NCBI GenBank assembly: GCA_964448115.1
Contig: CAYUVA010000001.1
Coordinates: forward strand, 62,001-126,000
Source of the DNA: an uncultured bacterium
GTDB taxonomy: Bacteria; CAYUVA01
Length of the DNA stretch: 64,000 nt
Direction of reading: 5' to 3'
This document shows positions 1 through 9,701 of the stretch, one piece after another. The first letter of the stretch is position 1; each line of letters starts with the position of its first letter. The notes beneath the pieces are model-generated. The model had not been told where the DNA came from. It ran no database searches and saw nothing but the letters and a program-made list of their open reading frames with translations. Both the position numbers and the translations under genes were made by a program.

Positions 1-63
1 GATGCAGCTATTGGCGGAACCATCACCTTCGAGATAGAGCTTGCGCTGAAAGGAGCCAAATGA
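1..63 (+). CDS. 3' end of a probable PilN-like pilus assembly protein (partial)
   Basis: Open frame DAAIGGTITFEIELALKGAK*; stop overlaps the next ATG (ATGA at 60-63); sits directly before a PilO-like gene. Confidence 0.5.
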   Translation, partial: DAAIGGTITFEIELALKGAK

Positions 64-668
64 AGCGATCGGATAAAATAGTTACCTCGAGGATACTCAT
101 CATACTCGCTTTTATGATCATGGTTTCCTTAGCCATGTATCTGATCGCCTACAAGCCAATACTGCAAAGGATAGCCAAGGTCAAGGACGAGATAGCCTCG
201 GTGCAGCAAAAGATCGAATCGATGCAACGGAAAAACCAGGAAATGGCAGAGCTTACCCATAAACAAAGGGAGGGGTTCAGACAATATCGCATTACGCTTA
301 ATAAAAAGGCTCCAAGTAGCATCGAGGTATCGAAATTGCTGGCAGACTTCAGCGAACTGGCGGCGACCTGCGGAGTATATAGCCTGGTTTACGACTACAG
401 CAGCCATAGCAGCACGATTAGCAGCAACCTGGCAGCGCGTGGTTATAAACCAAACCCGCTTCGTGCAGGGCAATCCCAGCAAACAGGAAACTTCAGGGCT
501 GTCTCAATACCAGTCAATACTAGCAGCGACTACCGAGCGCTGATCCGCTTCATAGACAGCCTTAATTCACTGGAAAGGCTGGTTACAATCGATGAGCTAT
601 CCATAAGAAGAAATGCGCCGCTGGTTGATGCGTCCCTTGTAATAAAGGCTTACAGCAGCGTTGAGTAA
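60..668 (+). CDS. pilO: Type IV pilus assembly protein PilO-like
   Basis: N-terminal TM helix, coiled coil, and C-terminal DYRALIRFIDSLNSLERLVTIDELSI motif typical of PilO. Confidence 0.8.
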   Translation: MKRSDKIVTSRILIILAFMIMVSLAMYLIAYKPILQRIAKVKDEIASVQQKIESMQRKNQEMAELTHKQREGFRQYRITLNKKAPSSIEVSKLLADFSELAATCGVYSLVYDYSSHSSTISSNLAARGYKPNPLRAGQSQQTGNFRAVSIPVNTSSDYRALIRFIDSLNSLERLVTIDELSIRRNAPLVDASLVIKAYSSVE

Positions 669-672
669 TAAA

Positions 673-1224
673 ATGCTTAAAAACAAGATATTCCAGTTTG
701 TCATATTCATACTGCTGATCGGAGTAGCATTCTATAACCTGTGGTTCTTTGTGCTCAAGCCCAAAAAGACACCCACCAACCAACCAGCGCCAGTATATAA
801 GGATATCATTAAGCCTCCCCCCAAGAATGCCCGCTCAAGGAACCAGGCAGAGCAGCAAAACCTTACCGATGTTACCGGCGAGTCTAAAAGGGATCTCACC
901 AGCCTTCAATACCTGCGCAACCCTTTCCTAACCCCCAAAGAAGAGGAGCTTTTCCTCGCCGGCGAGTTGCTGCCAGCGAGCAGCGGATCCTCGAACATCC
1001 AGCGATCGGCTGCCCTGAGGACAAAAAAGAAACCAAAGCCAACCTACAAGATCACGACCATAATAATATCAGAACAGGACAAATCAGCAGTAATCGATGG
1101 CGAGTTTTACAGGCAAGGGGATACAATCGGGGATGAACAGATTACTTTTATCGATAGATATAGTATTATGCTTAGCGACCAAAAGGGAGAAACGAGAACC
1201 GTTGAACTATCATACCATAAATAA
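673..1224 (+). CDS. PilP/MshK-like pilus assembly protein
   Basis: N-terminal TM, RNPF motif, C-terminal AVIDG...GDTIG beta domain; lies between pilO and the secretin. Confidence 0.65.
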   Translation: MLKNKIFQFVIFILLIGVAFYNLWFFVLKPKKTPTNQPAPVYKDIIKPPPKNARSRNQAEQQNLTDVTGESKRDLTSLQYLRNPFLTPKEEELFLAGELLPASSGSSNIQRSAALRTKKKPKPTYKITTIIISEQDKSAVIDGEFYRQGDTIGDEQITFIDRYSIMLSDQKGETRTVELSYHK

Positions 1225-2767
1225 GGCTCATCGATATTTTCAGATCGGGCTAGTAATGGCTTTTGCCTTTACCATCTCATTCATTGCAGGCTGCAACCGC
1301 CATGTAGTCAACATACCTATGGCTGGGGTCCAGCCATCGCCATCTCCGACAAAAGAGGCTACATCGATCCCTCCCCCCCCAGCCGACCTCCAGGAACTCC
1401 CCTCCCGGATAACGGTTACCCCCACCACTCCCCCATCCAAGCAGGAAACGCAGCGATACAGCATCTCGGTCAGCGATGCTGATATCAAGGAAGTGCTCAT
1501 GGTGCTTGCAAAACAGAGCGGGGTGAACATCATAGCCGGCGAGGATGTCTTAGGAAAGGTTACCGTCAACTTCAATAATGTGTCCCTTGCCGAAGCGCTT
1601 GAGGCTATCCTTGCTACCAGCGGCTATACATACCTGGTTGATAAAAATATAATCCGCATCGTGCAGGCCAGAACCGCAGTGTTCAAGGTCGATTATATAA
1701 GCATGATCAACGCGCAGGGCTTGCAGGGCGCCGGGGGAGTGATAAGCACAGCCGGCGCAGGTGGCGGCATCGGTGGAGGACAAGGACAGGGTAACTTCTG
1801 GGCGCAGATAAAATCGGAGCTGCAACAGATACTCACCGAGAAGGGAGCCACTACTGGAAAGATAGTGGTCAACGAGCTTTCCGGGATCATCATGGTCAGC
1901 GCCACACAGGAGAAGATAGACAAGGTGGAGCGTTACTTAAAAGCACTAGAAGAATCGCTGCACCGACAGGTGCAGATACAAGCCCGCATCGTGGAGGTAA
2001 TCCTGGACAATGATTACCGGATGGGCATAAACTGGGATATCCCGGCCATTACACTTGATGGTTTGCACGCCAACACCGCAGCTAGAGCCAAACAGACCCT
2101 TTCCCCCGGCGAGGGGATCTTCAACTTCGTGATCACCAACGATCACCTGACCGCGGTTCTCGATGCTATAGCCTCTCAGGGGCAGACCAATACCCTCTCC
2201 GCGCCCAAGATACTCGCCATGCAGAACCAGATCGCCTCTATCGATATCACCGAGCAAGTTCCCTACTACGAGACCAGCTTTACCCAGATCGGCGAGACCG
2301 CGCAGTACAATGTAGAGGTCAACTTCAAGGACGCCGGCGTCAAGCTGCAGGTCATACCCCAGATAAGCGGAAAGGGCGAGATTATGATGCTGGTCATCCC
2401 CGAGATCACCAGCGTTGTCGGCTATACCAAGGCGGTGCACGACCTGGAGCCAGTGCCGATACTGGATCGCAGACAGGTCATGACCTTTGTGCGTGCTAAT
2501 GACGGCGAGACAGTGGTCATCGGGGGGCTTATTCGGGATAAGGTCTTCGAGGTGATCTCCGAGGTGCCGTTCTTGGGGCGGATACCTGGACTGGGCGCGC
2601 TGTTCAGAAACACGAGGCAAGAGACCAAGAAGACCGAGCTGGTCATAATGCTCACCCCGCAGGTGATCACCGCCGAAAAGGCAATCTCAATAAGACGCCT
2701 GGATGAGCAAAGCGTTGAAAAACTACAGAGAGCCTTACATTTTGGCGCTCCTGCGGTTTTCAGGTAA
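1202..2767 (+). CDS. Pilus secretin (PilQ/MshL type), lipoprotein
   Basis: Lipobox FIAGC, STN domain (DADIKEVLMVLAKQSGVNII), secretin signature VPFLGRIPGLGALFR...ELVIMLTP; start uncertain (TTG 1202 or ATG 1256). Confidence 0.9.
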   Translation: MNYHTINKAHRYFQIGLVMAFAFTISFIAGCNRHVVNIPMAGVQPSPSPTKEATSIPPPPADLQELPSRITVTPTTPPSKQETQRYSISVSDADIKEVLMVLAKQSGVNIIAGEDVLGKVTVNFNNVSLAEALEAILATSGYTYLVDKNIIRIVQARTAVFKVDYISMINAQGLQGAGGVISTAGAGGGIGGGQGQGNFWAQIKSELQQILTEKGATTGKIVVNELSGIIMVSATQEKIDKVERYLKALEESLHRQVQIQARIVEVILDNDYRMGINWDIPAITLDGLHANTAARAKQTLSPGEGIFNFVITNDHLTAVLDAIASQGQTNTLSAPKILAMQNQIASIDITEQVPYYETSFTQIGETAQYNVEVNFKDAGVKLQVIPQISGKGEIMMLVIPEITSVVGYTKAVHDLEPVPILDRRQVMTFVRANDGETVVIGGLIRDKVFEVISEVPFLGRIPGLGALFRNTRQETKKTELVIMLTPQVITAEKAISIRRLDEQSVEKLQRALHFGAPAVFR

Positions 2768-2800
2768 ACATACTGCATAAAATAACGGAGGTAATTGTTT

Positions 2801-3769
2801 ATGGGAAAATGGGATCTTCCCCCCAAGGGGGGACACATGGACATGGCAAGCGGAATCTACTTCCAAAACATGACCTACCGCCAGATCGAGAGGCGATTAG
2901 AGCAAAACGATATCATCATCCTCCCCATCGGGAGCACCGAGGCGCACGGTCCCCATGCCTGCCCCGGCGAGGATACCTTCCTGGTTACCCGCATGGCTGA
3001 GCTGGTTGCACAAAGGACCGGCTGCACGGTGGCACAGCCCCTCTGGTACGGCTCCCATCCCTACCATCATGTCGGCATGCCGGGCACTATCATCGTCCCT
3101 GAAGACCACTTCTGCGGATACCTAAGGGCAATGATGGCTGGCTTCTGGAACGCCGGCTTCCGCAAGCAGATCCTGCTCAACGGGCACGGACAGGAGTATG
3201 TCATTCCAACTGCCATACACCAGTTCGCCAAGATGTACCGAGTACCGGGCATCTTCATCAATCTCAACTGGTACCATGCGGTGCCACAGCACTTTAAGCT
3301 GAAAAAAGATGGTGGCAACTACGAGACCAACTTCATCCACGCCGATGAGGTGGAGACGAGCTGGTCCTTGGCTCTGTTCCCGGAGATGATCGACATGAAG
3401 GAGGCAGTTGACACCAAGCCACAGGGCTTCTTGCCCGATGGGCACATCGACAAGGCAGGGAATCTGCTTCGGCGCCCGATATGCTGGTACGGGCAGGTCG
3501 GCTGCGGACCTATCGAGATCAAGGCTTATCCCGAAGGGTGCGTGGGCAAATCGACCCTCGCCGATGCGAAAAAGGCGATGGAGGGGCTTCAAGCACTGCT
3601 CGATTACTTGGTCAAGCTGCACGATGACATAAGGGAGGCGTTTCCACCTGGCGTTTTGCCCCCGGCGGATCAACTCACCGAGCGCAGCAAGGAGGAGCTT
3701 GAGGCGGTCTGCAAGAAGCCGCTGAGCAAGGGGTGGAAGAGCATCTACAGCCTTGGATACCCGACATAG
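2801..3769 (+). CDS. iolN: Creatininase-family protein, 3-dehydro-scyllo-inosose hydrolase type
   Basis: Metal motifs PIGSTEAHG, LNGHG and HADEVETS; closely resembles Thermotoga IolN as I recall it (GIYFQNMT, GEDTFLVTRMAE, HIDKAGNLL); RBS GGAGGT before ATG 2801. Confidence 0.8.
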   Translation: MGKWDLPPKGGHMDMASGIYFQNMTYRQIERRLEQNDIIILPIGSTEAHGPHACPGEDTFLVTRMAELVAQRTGCTVAQPLWYGSHPYHHVGMPGTIIVPEDHFCGYLRAMMAGFWNAGFRKQILLNGHGQEYVIPTAIHQFAKMYRVPGIFINLNWYHAVPQHFKLKKDGGNYETNFIHADEVETSWSLALFPEMIDMKEAVDTKPQGFLPDGHIDKAGNLLRRPICWYGQVGCGPIEIKAYPEGCVGKSTLADAKKAMEGLQALLDYLVKLHDDIREAFPPGVLPPADQLTERSKEELEAVCKKPLSKGWKSIYSLGYPT

Positions 3770-3782
3770 GCTTATATTTTCT

Positions 3783-3810
3783 TTGCCAATCGACCGTTGT
3801 AAGGTATTAT
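3783..3810 (+). promoter_or_regulatory. Putative sigma70 promoter of selC
   Basis: TTGCCA-N16-TATTAT, ending 17 nt before the tRNA. Confidence 0.45.
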
Positions 3811-3827
3811 ATCGCTGAGTAGATAGC

Positions 3828-3925
3828 GGAGGTGCATGTGTCCTGGTGGGCGCTGCGGGCTTCAAACCCGTTGACGGGCATCGGGCGATGTCCGTGGTGG
3901 GTTCGATTCCCACGCACCTCCGCCA
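3828..3925 (+). tRNA. selC: tRNA-Sec (anticodon UCA)
   Basis: 8-bp acceptor stem GGAGGTGC/GCACCTCC, anticodon arm GCGGG-CTTCAAA-CCCGT, long variable arm, T-loop GTTCGATTC, discriminator G and encoded CCA. Confidence 0.97.
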
Positions 3926-4209
3926 GAGCATGCTTTTTAAGATAAAGATAAATTTTCAATTTGACAATTGCTCGATAAATAAATATATTATATAAATTGT
4001 TAAATATGGATCGCTTAACAGAGTTCAAAAAGGCTCTCGGCTCATCATAGACTTCTTATAACACAATGAATAATAGCCGATTTATCATAAGGCGAAAGCT
4101 CGCACTTTAAATATCGAAATTCCCCCTCTTTCATTTTCTTGTACTCTGTGATAAAATTGGTAAATAAATCATAGTGATAGACTATTAAAGGGCAACCAAG
4201 GAGACGACA

Positions 4210-5163
4210 ATGGGAGTCGAAGACAAGCAGGGAAAACTGGAGATCCCCAAGGATATACAACAGTTGATCGTGCTAAAAATGCACATCGACAGGTACTTCG
4301 AGCGTATATCAAAAGCGGAGGAGAATAAACATCGGGTGGCGCCTCGCATCTTCGAGAAGGTAAAGGCTGAATACGAGGCTAAGGCGACCAAACTGGCTGC
4401 TGAGCTGGATAGAAAATTAACCGAGTTCCGAGACCGTATCCATGAGATCGAGAATATCAAAAACAGCTTGGAAAACTGGCTGCACAACTTCGATGAAAGA
4501 TTCGATGAGATACAACTGAGATACTGGACGGGGGAGCTGGAGGAAGCAAAGTTCCACGAACTCTCTAAGAGATACAAACAAATAAGCGACACGAGACAGA
4601 ATCAGGTCGATAAGCTAAATGGAATCCTGCAAGCAATGCAAAAAAGCACTGAGCCAAAGGCTGATGAAACCGTATTCTCCCTGTTCGCCGGCGCCTCCAA
4701 GGTACCGTTCGGCGGCAAATGTACAGGCTCACCATCAACCGAGGGACCCAACTCAAGACTGATCAAACTAAAGGACATATTCGGCTCCGACTTCGATGGA
4801 CAGATTATGCCCAAGCTCGAAAAAGACCTGACATTCCCAGCACTATATATCTTCGAGGGACCGTTCCAAGGGCACTACCACCCGCTGGAAGGCAAAAAGG
4901 TTACCATAGGTAGAGTACATGACAACGATATCCAGATCGAGCACGATGTCAGCGTCTCCAGGCATCATGCCGAGTTCAGATACGAGGATGGAATATACGA
5001 GATCGTTGACCTTAACAGCTCCAATGGAACCCTGGTCAATGGAAGGCTGGTCATCACCCATGAACTAAAGGGCGGAGATGAGATAGTAATCGGCGAGACC
5101 AAGCTGTTGTACATCGAAAGCCCAAAGGACGAGAAGTTCAAGAAGCTGCTTAGCGTAAAATAA
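4210..5163 (+). CDS. Coiled-coil plus FHA-domain protein
   Basis: FHA motifs IGR...VSRHHA...DLNSSNGTLVNG; N-terminal coiled coil; RBS AAGGAG. Confidence 0.9.
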   Translation: MGVEDKQGKLEIPKDIQQLIVLKMHIDRYFERISKAEENKHRVAPRIFEKVKAEYEAKATKLAAELDRKLTEFRDRIHEIENIKNSLENWLHNFDERFDEIQLRYWTGELEEAKFHELSKRYKQISDTRQNQVDKLNGILQAMQKSTEPKADETVFSLFAGASKVPFGGKCTGSPSTEGPNSRLIKLKDIFGSDFDGQIMPKLEKDLTFPALYIFEGPFQGHYHPLEGKKVTIGRVHDNDIQIEHDVSVSRHHAEFRYEDGIYEIVDLNSSNGTLVNGRLVITHELKGGDEIVIGETKLLYIESPKDEKFKKLLSVK

Positions 5164-5249
5164 TAATAGGATCCAGGCTGCGAACCAAGGTCGATAAATC
5201 TCGGCTGTTTTTCTTCATTTTCATCCCCCTGGTAGCATATTGCTGCATC

Positions 5250-6185
5250 TTGGAGGATTCACCACAAGTCGATTATTCAGCAATGCTTGCCGAGGCAAGC
5301 GACTTACGACGCTTCGTTGATATCGATGGATGCAAGATCCATTACTTGGAGGCAGGAGCAGATAAAAACACCACCCTTATCATAGTGCACGGCTTGGGTG
5401 GGGCTGCCATGCTGTATCAACATACGACAAAGAGCATTGGAAGGCATTACAGAACGATTGCGCTCGATCTGCCTGGATACGGTGAGTCAGCCTTTTGCCC
5501 GCCGCCGCTCGGCATCGAGGGCTTTGCAGACCTCGTCGCCCAATTCATCGTTAGCTCATGTATAAAAAAGCCGATCCTTCTGGGGCATAGCATGGGGGCT
5601 GCCGTGGCAATCGCACTGGCGGCAAGACATCCCCAGCTTGTACATGGCTTGATACTGGTCGATGCAGCCGGAATAAAGCCACCTGCTTATGCAAAAGGTG
5701 TTGACAAAAGCTCAAGAATCTTGGGGGGGCTGGTTGATGTTGTCATCTCGTTGTTGCCCAAGTCTATCAGCAGGGTCGATCGCCAGGATGTTCGAAGGCT
5801 ATTATCGTATTCTTTCTACGATACAGGCAAACTGAGCGATGAAGCCGTGGAGATCAAATATCGCAGCTACAACAGTCCATACGGCAGGGAGGTGATCGAC
5901 GCTGCCGCGGCGAGCCTTGCCAAGTTCGATGCTGCCGATGTTATCACTAACTCGCCCATCACTTCCATCCCAACCCTTATTCTATGGGGAGCTGCTGATT
6001 CCTTGCCGGTCGAGCATGCATATTACTTGAACAGCCTTATCCCCAATTCCCGTGTCGAGATCATCCCTGAATGCGGGCATGATCCACCACTTGAGGCTGC
6101 CTCTATCTTCGAGGAGCTGGTTATGCAGTTTATCCATGAACAGTGCGAGAGCTCTCTCGAATTATCGGCATCACCTGACAAATGA
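5250..6185 (+). CDS. Alpha/beta-fold hydrolase
   Basis: HGLGG oxyanion motif, DLPGYGES, nucleophile elbow GHSMG, C-terminal CGH. Confidence 0.9.
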   Translation: MEDSPQVDYSAMLAEASDLRRFVDIDGCKIHYLEAGADKNTTLIIVHGLGGAAMLYQHTTKSIGRHYRTIALDLPGYGESAFCPPPLGIEGFADLVAQFIVSSCIKKPILLGHSMGAAVAIALAARHPQLVHGLILVDAAGIKPPAYAKGVDKSSRILGGLVDVVISLLPKSISRVDRQDVRRLLSYSFYDTGKLSDEAVEIKYRSYNSPYGREVIDAAAASLAKFDAADVITNSPITSIPTLILWGAADSLPVEHAYYLNSLIPNSRVEIIPECGHDPPLEAASIFEELVMQFIHEQCESSLELSASPDK

Positions 6186-6207
6186 GAGCAATTGAGTTAT
6201 ATATCCA

Positions 6208-8013
6208 GTGATCATGAAAAAGCTTCTGCAAGGTTGCGTAATTATCTTAGGTCCCCTTGCTATAGTGGCTGCCATTTACCTCAACTGGAGCAGCGGTTTC
6301 GTGCAGCCGCCGCAGCCGGGCGACACCTCGGTAAAGACCCATATTTACGGCATTGATGGCGCCACCTGGTACCTCATGCTCCCCATGATACAGATGGGCA
6401 GACTTCCCGCGCTCGCGAAACTTAAACAACATGGCGCCTATGGAAACCTGCGCTCCGAGGAGCCTACACTCAGCCCGGTCATCTGGACAACCATAGCCAC
6501 CGGCATGGGCAGGGACAAGCATGGCATCATCGATTTCGTGTCCAAGCTGCCCGGTGAGTACAAGTCAACCCCGGTTACCAGAAAGCTGCGCAAGGTGGAG
6601 GCGATCTGGAACATATTCAATCATAACAATCGAACCTGCGGGGTAATCAATTGGTGGGCGAGCTGGCCCGCTGAACAGGTCGATGGATTCGTGCTGACTA
6701 ACAACCTTTTTTACATCCCGGCATTGGAAAACGAGGAGCTTCGGAGTATCTCAAAGGGGCTTGCCTACCCGCCGAGCCTGCTAGATGAGCTTGAGGGGCA
6801 CTATACAGGTCATCAACAGGAGGCGCAACGGGAGGTTTCAAGGATACTATGGGAAAGCGTCGATATTGAGGCTGCAAACATGCGTGGGGGGGGAGCAAAT
6901 GCACCACCACCACGATCGGAGGAGTTCATGAGAAACCTTATCACCGCATCGGTGGGAAAATTCGCCCGCATCGAGGTCTCCTTGTATCATATTGCAATTG
7001 AACTGATGCACAAGTATGATCCCGACCTGATGGCTATCTACCTGGAGGGGGTCGATGCGGTCTCACATTTCCTGTGGATGTTCATGGAACCCAAGACCCA
7101 GCGGGGCAGCTTCGAGGTGAAACAAGACCAGATAGAACGATACGGACATGCCATAATCGAATACTACAGCTTCACCGACAGGATGATATCTGCCCTGATC
7201 GAAAACGCTCCCCGGAGAACCAACTTCTTCATAGCATCCGATCACGGCTTCGAGGCGAGATATGACTTTCCGCGCATCTCTCGAATCTATCAATTGAATA
7301 ATCTCTTTGAGCGCTTGGGACTGCTCGTTTATGATAGCAAAGGCGAGATCGACTGGACAAACACGCAGCTTTTCGACCTGGCACAAAGCGAGTTCTGGGC
7401 GGTTACCCGCTCACTGTTTCTAAATGTCAAGGGGAGAGAAAAACATGGCATCATTCCCCCTTCCCAATTCGAGAATAAGCGAAGAGAAATTGCCGCCAGG
7501 TTGAGCGCACTTGAAACCATATCGGGTAAATCCGTGTTCCTTTCGGTCCAACTTCCTAGCCAAGCAAAGCCTACTGCCGGCGAGGGGCGCATAGTGGGAG
7601 ATATCGTGGTAAATATGAACATCAATCTCGACCTGGACGATAAGCTCTCCATAAACGGAGTGAAATACAGCGTCTCCGAGTTCATCTTGCCTCGTCGCTT
7701 ATCCGGCGATCACCATATCCTCGGCGTATTCCTGGCAGCAGGCAGCAATATAGTAAAAGGGCGATACATTCCAAATATCAGCATAGCAGATGTAACCCCC
7801 ACCATGCTGGCACTGGCAGGGATGCCCATCGGTGCAGACATGGATGGAAAGGCTGTGCTTTCTATCGCAAAAAATGGATTCCTCGAACGATTCCCCCTCA
7901 GATACACCAAGACCTACGAAAAATACAAGAAGAAAGACGATGGCATTACCACTGGCTCGATTATCGATGAACACGCAAAAGATCGACTGCGCGAGCTGGG
8001 TTATATCAAATAA
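6208..8013 (+). CDS. Alkaline phosphatase superfamily / nucleotide pyrophosphatase-phosphodiesterase
   Basis: GIDGATW, SPVIWTTIATG, SDHGF, GDH, and C-terminal RLRELGYI; N-terminal membrane anchor. Confidence 0.9.
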   Translation: MIMKKLLQGCVIILGPLAIVAAIYLNWSSGFVQPPQPGDTSVKTHIYGIDGATWYLMLPMIQMGRLPALAKLKQHGAYGNLRSEEPTLSPVIWTTIATGMGRDKHGIIDFVSKLPGEYKSTPVTRKLRKVEAIWNIFNHNNRTCGVINWWASWPAEQVDGFVLTNNLFYIPALENEELRSISKGLAYPPSLLDELEGHYTGHQQEAQREVSRILWESVDIEAANMRGGGANAPPPRSEEFMRNLITASVGKFARIEVSLYHIAIELMHKYDPDLMAIYLEGVDAVSHFLWMFMEPKTQRGSFEVKQDQIERYGHAIIEYYSFTDRMISALIENAPRRTNFFIASDHGFEARYDFPRISRIYQLNNLFERLGLLVYDSKGEIDWTNTQLFDLAQSEFWAVTRSLFLNVKGREKHGIIPPSQFENKRREIAARLSALETISGKSVFLSVQLPSQAKPTAGEGRIVGDIVVNMNINLDLDDKLSINGVKYSVSEFILPRRLSGDHHILGVFLAAGSNIVKGRYIPNISIADVTPTMLALAGMPIGADMDGKAVLSIAKNGFLERFPLRYTKTYEKYKKKDDGITTGSIIDEHAKDRLRELGYIK

Positions 8014-8106
8014 ACTAAAGGCAATGAAAACGGCGATCAACCAAGCGAAATGGCGCAGCAAGCTCCTTGCATGTTCGATAATTAAGGACAAGACGAGATT
8101 CTCCCC

Positions 8107-9561
8107 ATGAGGATATTTCTTGGAAATCCACCCTGGCGAAAGCAGGGGCGTTTGGGGGTAAGAGCCGGCTCCAGGTGGCCCTTCACCATGCCATGCGAAC
8201 CAGGGCGCACTGTGCCCGGATATGTTCCATTTCCATTTTACCTCGCTTATGCTACAGCTTTGCTCAATCGAGAGGGGATCGATGCCATCCTGGTAGATGC
8301 CATCGCCGAGGGATTGGATGACCAGGAATTTATCCAGCGCATCGTCGAGTACTCGCCAGATTTAATCGTCCTTGAGACATCCACGCCTTCGATCAACCCA
8401 GATATCGCCCTCTCCGAGCGGATCTACCAGGCATATCCAGCGCCCCAGGCTTACGCGGGACCACATGCGACCTACTTCGCATCCGAGATGCTCAAACAGC
8501 ATAACTGGCTCAAGTTCGTGCTGCTTGGCGAGTACGAATATACCCTGCTCGAGTTGGCAAAAAAATTAACCACTGCAAAGGATTACTCGCGGATCAATGG
8601 CTTGGCTTATAGGGAAGAAGATGGCAAGCCGATGATAAATCCCCGACGTGAGCTAATCCAGGACCTGGACGATCTCCCGTACCCGGCAAGGGATCAGCTA
8701 CCGATGGAGAACTACCGCGATGAGTTCGCCGAGCTGCCCAACCCAGCGCTTCAGATCTGGGCGAGCCGCGGCTGTCCCTTTAGTTGCATATTCTGCCTCT
8801 GGCCATCGGTCATGTATGGCAAGGCACATTATAGAACCAGGAATCCAGTAGAGGTAGCCAAGGAAGTTCAATATTGCATCGAAAGGTATCCAGTAAGGTC
8901 GATATTCTTCGATGATGATACTTTCAATATCGGCAAGGAGAGGATATTGACCCTCTGTCGCGAGTTCAAAGCGCGAGATGTAAAACTCCCATGGGCGGTG
9001 ATGGCGCGAGCAGATACCAGCGATTACCAGACCCTAGAGGCTATGTGCGATGCAGGATTGAAGGCGATAAAATTCGGCGTGGAGTCTGCATCGCAAGATA
9101 TACTGGAAAGATCCGGCAAGAACCTGAATCTACAAAAGGTAAGGCAGACAGTAGAGATGACCAAACAACTAGGCATAAAGGTACACCTTACATTCACCTT
9201 CGGATTGCCCGGCGAGACCCTCGAAACCATAAAGAAAACGGTGGATCTAGCATTGCAATTACAGCCGGATACCGTGCAATTCTCGCTGACCATACCGTTT
9301 CCCGGCACCCCTTATTATAATCAGGCGAAAGCTGATGGATTATTGCTTGCCTCTTGTTGGGAGGATTTCGATGGCTCTAACAGGGCAGCAGTCAGGACAG
9401 AGAAACTAAGCGGCGATCAACTGGAGCAGGCACTCGAAGATGCTTACCGAAGGTTCAATCGCGCAGCCTTAAGACGTAAGATCATGGCAAACAAGTGGCA
9501 TTATATAAGGAAGGCTCTCTTCAATCCACTGAGAGCGATAAGATTTCTCCTTGACAATTGA
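8107..9561 (+). CDS. B12-binding-domain radical SAM protein (HpnJ-like)
   Basis: SRGCPFSCIFC (CxxxCxxC), FDDDTF, GVES, GLPGET; N-terminal cobalamin-binding-like domain. Confidence 0.9.
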   Translation: MRIFLGNPPWRKQGRLGVRAGSRWPFTMPCEPGRTVPGYVPFPFYLAYATALLNREGIDAILVDAIAEGLDDQEFIQRIVEYSPDLIVLETSTPSINPDIALSERIYQAYPAPQAYAGPHATYFASEMLKQHNWLKFVLLGEYEYTLLELAKKLTTAKDYSRINGLAYREEDGKPMINPRRELIQDLDDLPYPARDQLPMENYRDEFAELPNPALQIWASRGCPFSCIFCLWPSVMYGKAHYRTRNPVEVAKEVQYCIERYPVRSIFFDDDTFNIGKERILTLCREFKARDVKLPWAVMARADTSDYQTLEAMCDAGLKAIKFGVESASQDILERSGKNLNLQKVRQTVEMTKQLGIKVHLTFTFGLPGETLETIKKTVDLALQLQPDTVQFSLTIPFPGTPYYNQAKADGLLLASCWEDFDGSNRAAVRTEKLSGDQLEQALEDAYRRFNRAALRRKIMANKWHYIRKALFNPLRAIRFLLDN

Positions 9562-9701
9562 TTACTCAATGAGGCGCTCTTTTATCGCTCTATCACTTAT
9601 TCTTCGCGCCTTTGTGGTTTAAAATCCCTCAAGCCCAAGATACACACCCCATCCGCCTTCGGAAGCCCCCCCTCTTGTTAGAGGGGATCAAGACCCCCAC
9701 C

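Noticed and set aside
3122-3931. 269-aa minus-strand ORF, and the many other antisense or nested ORFs in the track
   Set aside because: They are shadows of well-supported genes or of the tRNA and carry no recognisable motifs.
3926-4200. Genomic island integrated at selC
   Set aside because: No integrase and no repeat of the tRNA 3' end was seen in the window.
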